From NCBI GenBank assembly GCA_024763215.1, contig JANTFX010000003.1, positions 3,519 to 67,518 of the forward strand: DNA of 64,000 bases, read 5' to 3'. Both the position numbers and the translations under genes were made by a program. This DNA is from Candidatus Krumholzibacteriia bacterium. GTDB taxonomy: Bacteria > Krumholzibacteriota > Krumholzibacteriia > LZORAL124-64-63. Under the pieces are notes generated by a model. It had not been told where the DNA came from and made no database searches. It saw only the letters and a list, made by a program, of their open reading frames with translations. Below are positions 24,305 to 33,044 of this stretch, piece by piece; position 1 is the stretch's first letter, and each line of letters begins with the position of its first letter.

Positions 24305-24992
24305 TATCCTGGTCAATATCCTGGTGCTCGTGTTCTCGGTGGTGTTCCATGAGGTGGCCCACGGCTGGATGGCCATGCGCCTGGGGGATGATACGGCCCT
24401 CAGGTCCGGAAGGTTGACCCTCAACCCGCTGCCCCATATCGACCCCATGGGCAGCATCATCGTGCCGGTGCTGCTGTCGTTCACCAATTCGATCATGTTC
24501 GGCTGGGCCAAGCCCGTGCCTGTGGATCCGCGGCGCCTGCGCGATCCCTGGAACGATCATCCCAAGGTCGCGGCGGCCGGTCCTGCCAGCAATCTGTTGC
24601 TGGCGTTGGTCTGCGCCCTGTTGCTGGGGCTGACGGTGGGCCTGGCCGCCAAGACCGGCGCCATGGCCCAGGCCTATGCCGAGGGGCCGACACCGCTGAA
24701 ATTCCTGCTGTCTCTGTTCCAGACCGGCATCCTGATCAACCTGGTCCTGGCGCTGTTCAACCTCATCCCCCTGCCGCCTTTGGACGGCAGCTGGATCCTG
24801 ACCCGCTTTCTGCCCCGGGATCTGCACCTGAGGTACGAGGGGCTGCGGCGATACGGGTTCGTGCTGGTCATCGGGTTCATCGTGCTCATGCGCTACACGC
24901 CCCTGGGCGGGGCGTTCGGCAAGGGCCTGATGTCCGCTGTGCAGCCGTTCACCAAGCTCGCCATGGTCGTGGCGGGTCTATTCGGAGCCTGA
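24282..24992 (+). CDS. Site-2-protease-family (M50-like) membrane zinc metalloprotease
   Basis: Within ORF 24168..24992. ATG 24282 (MSGVSVDDILVNILVLVF...) overlaps the GT9 3' end by 23 nt; alternative start GTG 24297. HExxH = FHEVAHGWMA. LNPLPHIDPMGS. Confidence 0.85.
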   Translation: MSGVSVDDILVNILVLVFSVVFHEVAHGWMAMRLGDDTALRSGRLTLNPLPHIDPMGSIIVPVLLSFTNSIMFGWAKPVPVDPRRLRDPWNDHPKVAAAGPASNLLLALVCALLLGLTVGLAAKTGAMAQAYAEGPTPLKFLLSLFQTGILINLVLALFNLIPLPPLDGSWILTRFLPRDLHLRYEGLRRYGFVLVIGFIVLMRYTPLGGAFGKGLMSAVQPFTKLAMVVAGLFGA

Positions 24993-25007
24993 TTCCGGAA
25001 AACCCAA

Positions 25008-25035
25008 GGCCTTCCACCCTGGGGGGTGGAAGGCC
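25008..25035. terminator. Bidirectional hairpin GGCCTTCCACCC-tggg-GGGTGGAAGGCC between convergent genes
   Basis: Read directly: perfect 12-bp stem, 4-nt loop, no U-tract. Confidence 0.7.
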
Positions 25036-25070
25036 CGGGGAGCGCCCGGCGAATCGGGATGCAGTCCTGC

Positions 25071-25493
25071 CTAGTGGGAGAGCTGCCCGTCGGTGTGGGT
25101 GCTGGCCAGGGTCAAGGTGGCGTTCTGAACGGCACTCTGGTTGCCGGCCTGGTCCACGGCGTAGACGCTGTAGACGTTGATGCCGGGCTGGGGATCCGGG
25201 TCCTGGACGCTGTAGACCAGGGTGGGGTTCGAGACGAGGTCCACGACGTTGCCTTTGTTTTCGCGGGTAACCACGTATCCGGCCAGGTCGGTGTCCACGG
25301 TGTCGACGGCCCAGGAGACCACGGCCGCTCCGGTGGTGTAATCGATGGTGCTGCGCACGGCGTAGGGGGTCGCCGGGGGAGCGGTGTCGATGGCGTCGTT
25401 CACGTTAACGGGGTTGCTGTCGCTGCAACCGGTGGCCATGATGGCTACGGTCAGCAGCATGATTCCTACCAGGATCTTCTTGTTGTTCGCCAT
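25071..25493 (-). CDS. Lipoprotein with fibronectin-III/Ig-like domain (140 aa)
   Basis: Within ORF 25071..25631 (-). ATG 25493 after GAAGGAGG. MANNKKILVGIMLLTVAIMATGC-SD lipobox. Confidence 0.7.
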   Translation of the reverse strand: MANNKKILVGIMLLTVAIMATGCSDSNPVNVNDAIDTAPPATPYAVRSTIDYTTGAAVVSWAVDTVDTDLAGYVVTRENKGNVVDLVSNPTLVYSVQDPDPQPGINVYSVYAVDQAGNQSAVQNATLTLASTHTDGQLSH

Positions 25494-25540
25494 GTGAATG
25501 TCCTCCTTCAATTCGCCAGAGAGCTCGGTTCGTTTGTTGT

Positions 25541-25598
25541 GCGGCCGGAGGAGATCGGTTGCAGTGGCACGGTGTTCATGAGCAGCTCCTCCGGCCGC
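25541..25598. other. 13-bp perfect GC stem (GCGGCCGGAGGAG ... CTCCTCCGGCCGC) with 32-nt loop
   Basis: Read directly. Lies 48 nt upstream of the lipoprotein start on the minus strand, within a 411-nt spacer. Flanked by similar words GATCGGTTGCAG (25553-25564) and GACCGATTGCAA (25608-25619). Confidence 0.5.
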
Positions 25599-25819
25599 GA
25601 CCTGCCGGACCGATTGCAAGGGGGGGACCACGCGGGCGGGTCAAAATCAAAAATTGCCGATCATGCTTTATTACAAGAAGTTACCGATGTCATGGAGGAA
25701 GGATGAGGAACTCCGGGGAAGGCTGGCACCCGACCAGCCGTTTCGAGATGCCCTGTCCCGGGTGGCTCCGCATTGCACGATGCCCGACTGCCGTTTTTCC
25801 CGGATCGCAAGTTTACTCC

Positions 25820-25849
25820 TTGACATGGCGAAGGTTATGTTGAAATAAT
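25820..25849 (+). promoter_or_regulatory. Sigma70-like promoter TTGACA-17/18 nt-AAATAAT upstream of the IHF/HU gene
   Basis: Read directly. About 55 nt upstream of ATG 25905. Confidence 0.45.
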
Positions 25850-25904
25850 CCCCTGGAAATCCCAATTCCGGCAAATCTATGGTCAGTTGAACGGGAGGCA
25901 TGAC

Positions 25905-26186
25905 ATGACCAAAGCCGATATTGTCGAGGACATTGCCCAGAAAACCGGTCTGACCAAGAAAGAGGTGGCCGAGACCGTCGATCTGTTTCTGGCCCGGATC
26001 GGTGATCTCCTGGTGCAGGGCAAACACCTGGAAATACGTGGATTCGGCACCTTCAAGGTGAAAGAGCGCAATGAGCGCATGGCACGCAACCCACGCACGG
26101 GGGAAGCCGTGCCGGTCCCCGCCCGCAAGGTTCCGGTTTTCAAGGTGTCGAAGATGCTCAAGGACAAGGTCGCAGGCATCTCCTGA
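25905..26186 (+). CDS. IHF/HU-family DNA-binding protein
   Basis: Within ORF 25887..26186. ATG 25905 after GGGAGG. ...LEIRGFGTFKVKERNERMARNPRTGEAVPVPARKVPVFK... Confidence 0.9.
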   Translation: MTKADIVEDIAQKTGLTKKEVAETVDLFLARIGDLLVQGKHLEIRGFGTFKVKERNERMARNPRTGEAVPVPARKVPVFKVSKMLKDKVAGIS

Positions 26187-26229
26187 CCCGGTCCGCACCC
26201 CGGCGGCCCCATGTGGCCAAGGGTTATTT

Positions 26230-26270
26230 CCGGTTTCCCGCCGCCGGCCGGGGGGAAACCGGTTACTTTT
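26230..26270 (+). terminator. Intrinsic terminator CCGGTTTCCC-(13 nt)-GGGAAACCGG followed by TTACTTTTGTG
   Basis: Read directly: 10-bp stem, T-rich tail, 44 nt after the IHF/HU stop. Confidence 0.75.
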
Positions 26271-26316
26271 GTGTGCAGGATCGTGATCCTCAGCAACGAG
26301 CAGGGGGCAAACCATC

Positions 26317-27348
26317 GTGAGTCAGCCAGTTGTCGACATGCGCAGCGATACCGTCACCAGACCCGATCAGGGTATGCGCCAGGCCATGGCCACGGCCGAG
26401 GTCGGAGACGATGTCTTCGGCGACGACCCCACCGTCAACCGCCTGCAGGCCGAAGTCGCGGCGCTGCTTGGCAAGGAAGCAGCCCTGTTCGTGCCCAGCG
26501 GCACCATGGGCAACCAACTCGCCTTGCGCGCCCAGACCCGCCATGGCGACCAGATCCTGCTGGAGGACGGAGCCCACATATACCGTTACGAGGCGGGGGG
26601 GCCGGCGGCCCTGAGCGGTCTGCTGGTGACCTGCATCCCCGCACCCGGGGGAATCTTGACCGCAGGCCTTGTGGAAGCGGCCCTGAACCCCGACAATGTG
26701 CATTGCGCGCCGCCGGCGCTGGTTTGCCTGGAGAACACCCATAACCGAGCCGGCGGGCGGATCCTGCCCCAGGAAAACATGGCCGAGATCGCCGCTTTGG
26801 CCCATGACGCCGGGATGCGGGTGCACCTGGACGGGGCAAGGCTCTGGCACGCGCACATCGCCACCGGTGCGCCCCTGGCCGCCCTGGCCGGTGCGGCCGA
26901 CACCGTGAGCGTCTGTTTTTCCAAGGGCCTGGGGGCCCCGGTCGGCTCGGTGCTGGCCGGCGATGCCCGGACCATGGCCCGCGCCCACCGCTTCCGCAAG
27001 ATGTTCGGGGGCGGCATGCGGCAGGTGGGCATCCTCGCGGCGGCCTGCCTGTACGCCCTGGAGCACAACCTGGTCCGGCTGGAGCAGGACCACAAGCGGG
27101 CACGGCGCCTCGCCTCCGAGGTGGATCACCCTGATCTGAAGGTGGGCCATCCTGTGGAGACGAACATCGTGATTTTCGACGTGGCCGGCGGCAGGGACCA
27201 TGAGCTGCTGGCCCATCTGGAGGCCGCAGGGGTCCTGGGCGTGGGTTTCGGGCCAGGGCGGGTGCGGCTGGTGCCCAACCTGGACACCGACGATGAGGGC
27301 ATCGGGCGCGCCGTAGCGGCCCTCAACGCTTTCCCCCGCATGACGTGA
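26317..27348 (+). CDS. ltaE: Low-specificity L-threonine aldolase
   Basis: ORF track 26317..27348 (+), GTG start (alternative ATG 26338). [25 protein letters not shown]-lysine context [12 protein letters not shown]. Confidence 0.9.
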   Translation: MSQPVVDMRSDTVTRPDQGMRQAMATAEVGDDVFGDDPTVNRLQAEVAALLGKEAALFVPSGTMGNQLALRAQTRHGDQILLEDGAHIYRYEAGGPAALSGLLVTCIPAPGGILTAGLVEAALNPDNVHCAPPALVCLENTHNRAGGRILPQENMAEIAALAHDAGMRVHLDGARLWHAHIATGAPLAALAGAADTVSVCFSKGLGAPVGSVLAGDARTMARAHRFRKMFGGGMRQVGILAAACLYALEHNLVRLEQDHKRARRLASEVDHPDLKVGHPVETNIVIFDVAGGRDHELLAHLEAAGVLGVGFGPGRVRLVPNLDTDDEGIGRAVAALNAFPRMT

Positions 27349-27363
27349 CAGATCAAGGGAGTT

Positions 27364-28221
27364 GTGACCATGCATGACGATTATCAGAACCCGGAACGGC
27401 CCGACTGGGCCCTGGACCCCGTGACCGCGGCCGATCGCTGCGTGGCGTTCATCCGCGATGTCCTGGCCGCAGCAGGCAAGCCCCGCCTGGTGATCGGCCT
27501 TTCCGGCGGGATCGACTCGGCGGTCTCGGCGGGGTTGGCGGTGCGGGCGATCGGAGCGGCCAACGTCCATGGTCTGCTCCTGCCCTACGCCACGAGTTCG
27601 GCCTCCTCGCTCGAGGATGCCGCCGCGGTGGCCGCGCACCTGGGCATCGCCACCGAGACCATCCCCATCACCCACCTGGCGGACCCTTTCCTGGCGGACA
27701 TCCCGGCCGACCGCAAGGTGCGCCGCGGCAACGTCATGGCGCGTTGCCGGATGATCCTGCTGTACGACCGCTCCGCGGTTCTGGAGGCCCTGGTCCTGGG
27801 CACGGGCAATCGCACCGAGGCCCTGCTGGGCTATACGACCCTTTACGGGGACAACGCCTGCGCCCTGAACCCCGTCGGCCAGCTCTACAAGACCGAGATC
27901 AGGCTGCTGGCCAGGTGGCTGGAGCTGCCCCGGGCGGTGCTGGACAAGGCGCCCAGCGCGGACCTGTGGGAGGGCCAGGCCGACGAGGACGAACTGGGGT
28001 TCACCTACGCCGAGGCCGACAACCTTCTGCACCAGATGATCGACCGCGGCCGGCACAGGCACGAGCTGGAAGCCATGGGTTTCGCGGGGGAACTGGTGGA
28101 CCGGGTGGCCGCCCGGGTCGAGGCCGCCCGTTTCAAGCGCCAGTTGCCGCCGGTGGCGGTGATGCCGGGCCGGAGGGATCCCGACCGGAAGGATGAGTTC
28201 ACCGACGGAGGTTTTCATTGA
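27364..28221 (+). CDS. nadE: Ammonia-dependent NAD+ synthetase
   Basis: ORF track 27364..28221 (+). PP-loop GLSGGIDSAV. PSADLWEGQADEDELGFTY. Confidence 0.9.
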   Translation: MTMHDDYQNPERPDWALDPVTAADRCVAFIRDVLAAAGKPRLVIGLSGGIDSAVSAGLAVRAIGAANVHGLLLPYATSSASSLEDAAAVAAHLGIATETIPITHLADPFLADIPADRKVRRGNVMARCRMILLYDRSAVLEALVLGTGNRTEALLGYTTLYGDNACALNPVGQLYKTEIRLLARWLELPRAVLDKAPSADLWEGQADEDELGFTYAEADNLLHQMIDRGRHRHELEAMGFAGELVDRVAARVEAARFKRQLPPVAVMPGRRDPDRKDEFTDGGFH

Positions 28222-28946
28222 CCTCGGTCGAAGTGCCCGTGGTGGATATGCCCGCGGGCCTGTGCCACTTCGTGGCCACGCCCATCGGCAACCTGCACGA
28301 CATCACCCTGCGCGCGCTGGGGGTGCTGGCCGAGGCGGAGGTCGTCTACGCCGAGGACACGCGCCACACGGGGACCCTCATGAAACGCTACGGCCTGAGA
28401 GTGCCCCTGGTCAGCTACCACGACCACAACAAGCTGGAGGTCGTGCCCCGGATCGTGGCCGATCTGAAGGCGCAGCGGAAGGTCGCGGTGGTCAGCGACG
28501 CGGGCATGCCGTGCATCAACGACCCGGGCTACTCCCTGGTGCTGGCCCTGTTGCGGGAGGAACTTCCCTGGACGATCATTCCCGGACCATCCAGCGTGCT
28601 TGCGGCAGTGGTGCTGGCCGGATTTTCCCCGGACAGATTCCTCTTCGCGGGGTATCCTCCCCGCAAGAAGGGGCAGCGCCGCCGTTACCTGGAGGAGCTG
28701 GTGCAGGCCGGCCCCACGGTGGTCATGCTGGAGTCCTGCCACCGCATCACCAGCACCCTGGAGATGGTCGGCGAGCTGGACGCGGCGCGCCGGGTGGCCG
28801 TGGTGCGGGAGATCACCAAGTTGCACGAGGAGACCCTGCGCGGCACGGCCGGGGAAGTCCTGCCCCTGATGACGGGCAAGCGGCTGCGCGGGGAACTGGT
28901 TCTGGTCCTGGCTGGGCAGGGCAAAAAGGAGTCCAAAGTTGACTGA
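28218..28946 (+). CDS. rsmI: 16S rRNA (cytidine-2'-O)-methyltransferase RsmI
   Basis: ORF track 28218..28946 (+). The TTG start overlaps the nadE stop (TTGA); alternative ATG 28248. FVATPIGNLHDITLRAL, VSDAGMPCINDPG. Confidence 0.88.
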   Translation: MTSVEVPVVDMPAGLCHFVATPIGNLHDITLRALGVLAEAEVVYAEDTRHTGTLMKRYGLRVPLVSYHDHNKLEVVPRIVADLKAQRKVAVVSDAGMPCINDPGYSLVLALLREELPWTIIPGPSSVLAAVVLAGFSPDRFLFAGYPPRKKGQRRRYLEELVQAGPTVVMLESCHRITSTLEMVGELDAARRVAVVREITKLHEETLRGTAGEVLPLMTGKRLRGELVLVLAGQGKKESKVD

Positions 28947-29568
28947 AGACACACGGTCGTTCAAGAGGCGGCTCAGGGACCATCTGCGGCCGGTGATCCT
29001 GACCCTGGACCGCATGGGCATCTCGCCCCTGGGCGTTTCGATCCTGGGCCTGGCGATCACGGCCTGGAGCGGGCTGGTCGTGGGCGGCGGTCACCTGTTC
29101 TGGGGCGGCGTGGTGTTCGTGCTGGGGTCGGCCTTCGACATGCTCGACGGGGACCTGGCGCGCCTGCAGGGGACGGTCTCGGCGCGCGGGGCCTTCCTCG
29201 ATTCGTGCTTCGACCGCCTGGGCGAGGCCTTTCTCCTGGCGGGTTTGACATGGTACTTCGCCACCACGGGGCCTGCTCCTGACGCCTGGCCCCTGGTGCT
29301 GATCGTTGCCGTGGTCGCCGGCAGCCTGACCACCAGCTACGTGCGGGCCCGCGCCGAGGGCGTGGGCGAGACCTGCTTCGTGGGCTGGTTGCAGCGCACC
29401 GAGCGGGTGATCCTGCTGACGGCGGCCCTGTTGCTGGGCCGCTGGGCCGTGACCCCCATGCTGGTGCTGCTGGCCGTCGCGACCCTGGCGACCACCGTCC
29501 AGCGCATGGTCCATGTGGCAGCCAAGCTGCCGGGCCCGGATCCCGACGGCAGGGGCGGCGATTCATGA
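28939..29568 (+). CDS. CDP-alcohol phosphatidyltransferase family protein (PgsA-like)
   Basis: ORF track 28939..29568 (+). Signature DMLDGDLARLQGTVSARGAFLDSCFDRLGE (DGx2ARx8Gx3Dx3D). Multiple TM helices. Overlaps rsmI by 8 nt. Confidence 0.85.
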   Translation: MTEDTRSFKRRLRDHLRPVILTLDRMGISPLGVSILGLAITAWSGLVVGGGHLFWGGVVFVLGSAFDMLDGDLARLQGTVSARGAFLDSCFDRLGEAFLLAGLTWYFATTGPAPDAWPLVLIVAVVAGSLTTSYVRARAEGVGETCFVGWLQRTERVILLTAALLLGRWAVTPMLVLLAVATLATTVQRMVHVAAKLPGPDPDGRGGDS

Positions 29569-30215
29569 CCGCAGGGGCCGCCAGGGGGTTGCTGGTCACT
29601 TTCGAGGGGCCCGAGGGCAGCGGCAAGACGACCCTCATCGAGGGCATCGTCCGGCGCCTGGAGGCCGCCGGGCAAGACCCGGTGCTGATCCGGGAACCCG
29701 GAGGCACCGCCATCGGCGAACGCATCCGCGCGATTCTGCTGGATACGGCCTCGGTGGGCATGTTTCCGGAAACGGAATTGCTCCTGATGGTGGCCAGCCG
29801 GGCCCAGCTGGTCAGGCAGATGATCAAACCCGCCCTGGAAGAGGGCCGGATCGTGCTGTGCGACCGGTTCGCCGACGCCTCGGTGGCCTACCAGGGTTAT
29901 GGTCGCGGCCTGGGCGCCGGGGTTGTCCACCAGCTCAACGCCTTCGCCCTGGACGAGGTGGCGCCGGACATGACCCTGCTGTGCATGCTGCCCCCGGAGC
30001 AGGGCCAGGCCCGTCTGGACCAGCGCCATACCGACCGTCTGGACCGCGAGGCCCTGGCGTTCCACGAGCGGGTGTACGAGGGTTACCTGGCCATGGCCGG
30101 CTCGGGCGATCCGCGCTTCAAGGTGGTCGACGCCACGCTCCCGCCTGGGGATATGCTCGACCAGGCCGTCGCCCATCTCAGGAAACTGGAACATGGCTTG
30201 CTGAAGGACCTTTAA
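29565..30215 (+). CDS. tmk: Thymidylate kinase
   Basis: ORF track 29565..30215 (+). ATGA overlap with the previous gene. P-loop FEGPEGSGKTT, REPGGTAIGERIR. Confidence 0.92.
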   Translation: MTAGAARGLLVTFEGPEGSGKTTLIEGIVRRLEAAGQDPVLIREPGGTAIGERIRAILLDTASVGMFPETELLLMVASRAQLVRQMIKPALEEGRIVLCDRFADASVAYQGYGRGLGAGVVHQLNAFALDEVAPDMTLLCMLPPEQGQARLDQRHTDRLDREALAFHERVYEGYLAMAGSGDPRFKVVDATLPPGDMLDQAVAHLRKLEHGLLKDL

Positions 30216-30251
30216 GATTCCGGCGCGAGGGCCGTCATCCCCCGCAGCGCA

Positions 30252-30280
30252 GGGCGGTAAACGCTTGGCCGCCCGTTTTT
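30252..30280 (+). terminator. Hairpin GGGCGG-(11 nt)-CCGCCC followed by GTTTTT
   Basis: Read directly, 37 nt after the tmk stop. Confidence 0.55.
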
Positions 30281-30304
30281 CTGGCTTGTCCCGAAGGAAC
30301 AGAC

Positions 30305-32125
30305 ATGAAACTCGGATTCCATGATGCCACCCCCCGAGGCGGGAGATTCGTCCCGGTGGGGATGTTTTTGCTGGTGTTGCTGCTGCTGGCTGGGAATTCC
30401 CCGGCCCAGACCAAGGGCCTGGCCCAGACTCCTGCGGAGACCGCCACCACCGCTGCCGACAGCGATACGGTCAACGCCGTGCTCACCGATCCGGCGGTCC
30501 GCCGCCGGGCCTTCTACGAAGACCTGAAGATGCTCGGGGACGTCTACGAGCGGATCATCAACAACTACGTCGATGTCCTGGATCCCCACGAGGTGATGGT
30601 GGGCGCCATCGAGGGCATGCTGGACGAGCTGGACGAACACTCCAACTACCTGCCCCCGGTCAACTACGAGGATCTGATGACCAGCACCGAGGGCGAATTC
30701 GGCGGGCTGGGGATCTCCATCCAGGTGCGCGACCACTACCCCACGGTGATCTCGCCCATCGAGGGCACACCGGCCTACTACATGGGCATCCAGGGCGGCG
30801 ACCAGATCATCGAGATCGAAGGCGAGAGCAGCAAGGACCTGACCAGCACCCAGGCCGTCAAGCTTCTGCGGGGGCCTCCGGGCACCAAGGTGAACATCAC
30901 CCTGGCACGTCCGGGCCGCGCGGAACCCATCCCGCTGACCATCACCCGCGACATCATCAAGCTCGAGAGCGTGCCCTACGCCTTCATGATGGGCGACATC
31001 GGGTACATCCGGATCCAGAACTTCGCCCGCACGACCCCGCGCGAGGTGCGGGACAAGCTGGAAATGCTCACCCAGCAGGGGATGAAGGGGCTGATCCTGG
31101 ATCTGCGCTTCAACCCGGGCGGCCTGCTGGAGGCAGCCAAGGGGGTCAGCGAGCTGTTCCTGCCAAAGGGCGAGCTCATCGTCTCGACCAAGGGCCGGCT
31201 GCCCTCCCAGGATCAGCAGCTTTACAGCGAGGCGCGTGGCAAGGTGTATGACGATGTGCCCCTGGTTGTGCTGGTCAACGGGTCGTCGGCTTCGGCCAGC
31301 GAGATCGTCTCGGCGGCCATCCAGGACCACGACGCGGGCCTGGTCGTGGGCCAGACCAGCTTCGGCAAGGGTTCGGTGCAGACGGTGTTCCGTCTGGACG
31401 AGGACGAGGCCCTCAAGCTGACCACCGCCCGCTATTACACCCCCAGCGGGCGCTCCATCCACAAGACCCGGCCGCGGCATCCCCGGATCGGCCAGGATGA
31501 GAGCGCGGCCGCCGCGCCGCCTCTGGAGAAGAAGCCGGCGGAGAAGGAGAAAGCCCGCTTCGAGAAGGAGAAGTACTACACCGACAGCGGCCGGGTGGTG
31601 TACGGCGGTGGCGGCATCACTCCGGACATCGAGATCGACCAGGATTTCCTGTCCGATTTTGAGGTGGCCGTCGAGCGTGACGGGGCCCTGTTCAGCTTCG
31701 CGGTGGACTACGTGGCCAAGCTGGATGCGGTGCCGGAGAATCCCGTGATCGACGATGCGACCTTCCGGGACTTCGAGCAGTTCCTGCGCGGCAGGGAGAA
31801 CATCGAGGAGTACCTCGGCGCCTTCAAGCTGACCCTGAGCGACTCGTTGATGGAGGCCAACCGGGGCTTCATCACCCGCGGCATCCGGCGCGAAGTGGCC
31901 CGCCGGGCCCATGGCGCCCAGGCCGCCTACAAGGTGGCCATCGAGGCCGATACGCAGCTGCACCACGCCCTGGACCTGTTCAAGAAGGCCCACTCTTTGC
32001 CCGAGCTGCTGGATCTGGCCCAGCAGTGGAACCAGGAGCAGCTGGCCAAGCACCAGGCCGCGGCTGCCGCGGCGGCGGATTCGGCCTCCGCGGCGGAGGC
32101 CGCCGAACAGGGGAAGGCGGACTGA
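30305..32125 (+). CDS. Carboxyl-terminal processing protease (peptidase S41) with PDZ domain
   Basis: In-frame part of ORF 29513..32125. ATG 30305 (MKLGFHDATPRGGRFVPVGMFLLVLLLLAG...). GGLGISIQ (PDZ), FNPGGLL, catalytic NGSSASASEI and TSFGKGSVQ. Confidence 0.9.
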   Translation: MKLGFHDATPRGGRFVPVGMFLLVLLLLAGNSPAQTKGLAQTPAETATTAADSDTVNAVLTDPAVRRRAFYEDLKMLGDVYERIINNYVDVLDPHEVMVGAIEGMLDELDEHSNYLPPVNYEDLMTSTEGEFGGLGISIQVRDHYPTVISPIEGTPAYYMGIQGGDQIIEIEGESSKDLTSTQAVKLLRGPPGTKVNITLARPGRAEPIPLTITRDIIKLESVPYAFMMGDIGYIRIQNFARTTPREVRDKLEMLTQQGMKGLILDLRFNPGGLLEAAKGVSELFLPKGELIVSTKGRLPSQDQQLYSEARGKVYDDVPLVVLVNGSSASASEIVSAAIQDHDAGLVVGQTSFGKGSVQTVFRLDEDEALKLTTARYYTPSGRSIHKTRPRHPRIGQDESAAAAPPLEKKPAEKEKARFEKEKYYTDSGRVVYGGGGITPDIEIDQDFLSDFEVAVERDGALFSFAVDYVAKLDAVPENPVIDDATFRDFEQFLRGRENIEEYLGAFKLTLSDSLMEANRGFITRGIRREVARRAHGAQAAYKVAIEADTQLHHALDLFKKAHSLPELLDLAQQWNQEQLAKHQAAAAAAADSASAAEAAEQGKAD

Positions 32126-32146
32126 CGGGTCGCCCTCTTCATGCGG

Positions 32147-32177
32147 CCGGGCAACCTGCCAGGAGCGGGTTGCCCGG
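32147..32177 (+). terminator. Hairpin CCGGGCAACC-(11 nt)-GGTTGCCCGG
   Basis: Read directly: 10-bp stem, 22 nt after the ctp stop, no clear U-tract. Confidence 0.55.
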
Positions 32178-32250
32178 TCTCAATAGTATGTGATCTTGGA
32201 TGCGCCGGGGCAAAAGTTCTGGACCTGGGCCGCCTTGCTGGAGTTCCACC

Positions 32251-32880
32251 ATGACCTGGATCGAAATCCTCGGCTACGCCGCCTCGTTGCTGGTGGCCGC
32301 CTCGCTGAGCATGAAGTCGGTGGCCCGGCTGCGTTTTCTGAACCTGCTGGGAGCCGTGGCCTTCGCCCTGTACGGGCTGCTGTTGAAGGTCTACCCGGTC
32401 ATGGTGGTCAACGCGTACATCGCGTTGGTCAACATCGTCTTCCTGCTGAAGATGCAGCCGGGACGCAGCGAGGCGTTCGAGCTGCTGACCATCAGCAGCC
32501 CGGACAACCGGTATCTGCGCCGGTTCCTGGAGTTCCACGCCGATGATATCGCCCGCTTTTTCCCGGGGTTCGATCTGGACCAGATCGTCCAGCCGCGCCT
32601 GATCTTCATCCTGCGGGACATGCTGCCGGTGGGGCTGGTGATCGGCCATTCGGCACCGGATGGGACCTTCACCGTGGATCTGGATTATGTCATTCCTTCC
32701 CACCGCGATTTCCGCTGCGCAGAGTACTTCTACCGCTCCTGGCGGTCGGTGATCGACGACCAGGGTATTCGGACGTTCCGGGCCCGGTCCGAGGTTCCAG
32801 CCCATCTGAAATACCTGCGCAAGCTGGGATTCTGTCCGGAAGCCGGTGATGACAAGGGCTGGTTCGCCCGGCCAGCATGA
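32251..32880 (+). CDS. Fusion protein: N-terminal three-helix membrane domain (YgjV/SemiSWEET-like) plus C-terminal GNAT-like domain (209 aa)
   Basis: Within ORF 32200..32880. ATG 32251 (MTWIEILGYAASLLVAASLSMKSVARLRFLNLLGAVAFALYGLLLKVYPVMVVNAYIALVNIVFLL...). C-terminal ...AHLKYLRKLGFCPE. High GC3 throughout. Confidence 0.65.
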   Translation: MTWIEILGYAASLLVAASLSMKSVARLRFLNLLGAVAFALYGLLLKVYPVMVVNAYIALVNIVFLLKMQPGRSEAFELLTISSPDNRYLRRFLEFHADDIARFFPGFDLDQIVQPRLIFILRDMLPVGLVIGHSAPDGTFTVDLDYVIPSHRDFRCAEYFYRSWRSVIDDQGIRTFRARSEVPAHLKYLRKLGFCPEAGDDKGWFARPA

Positions 32881-33044
32881 AAACGAAGGTGAACCCGGTG
32901 GAATTCTTCTGCACCACCTGCTGCCGGGAAAAGCAAACGACCCCGGGTCTGATGCCTGCCTGTGAGCGGTATACCGACCCCAGGATCCATGACATCCATG
33001 CCCGCAGCATCGAGGCGGACGGGCCGGAAGGCCGAGGTTGCTGA
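32877..33044 (+). CDS. Unlisted small Cys-rich ORF (55 aa): MKTKVNPVEFFCTTCCREKQTTPGLMPACERYTDPRIHDIHARSIEADGPEGRGC
   Basis: Own translation; below the 60-aa cut-off of the ORF track. ATGA start/stop overlap with the upstream gene (32877-32880). About three-quarters of third positions are G/C. Could be a truncated remnant. Confidence 0.35.
   Translation: MKTKVNPVEFFCTTCCREKQTTPGLMPACERYTDPRIHDIHARSIEADGPEGRGC

Noticed and set aside
25559-25848. Plus-strand ORFs of 94 and 64 aa in the lipoprotein/IHF spacer
   Set aside because: Arg/Cys/Gly-rich products with no SD. The first starts inside the 13-bp hairpin. There is no coding-type GC3 pattern.
29513-30304. 264-codon N-terminal extension of the S41 protease ORF (track ORF 29513..32125)
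   Set aside because: The extension overlaps tmk in another frame and is Arg/Gly/Pro-rich. The protease homology and a signal-anchor begin at ATG 30305, downstream of a terminator-like hairpin.
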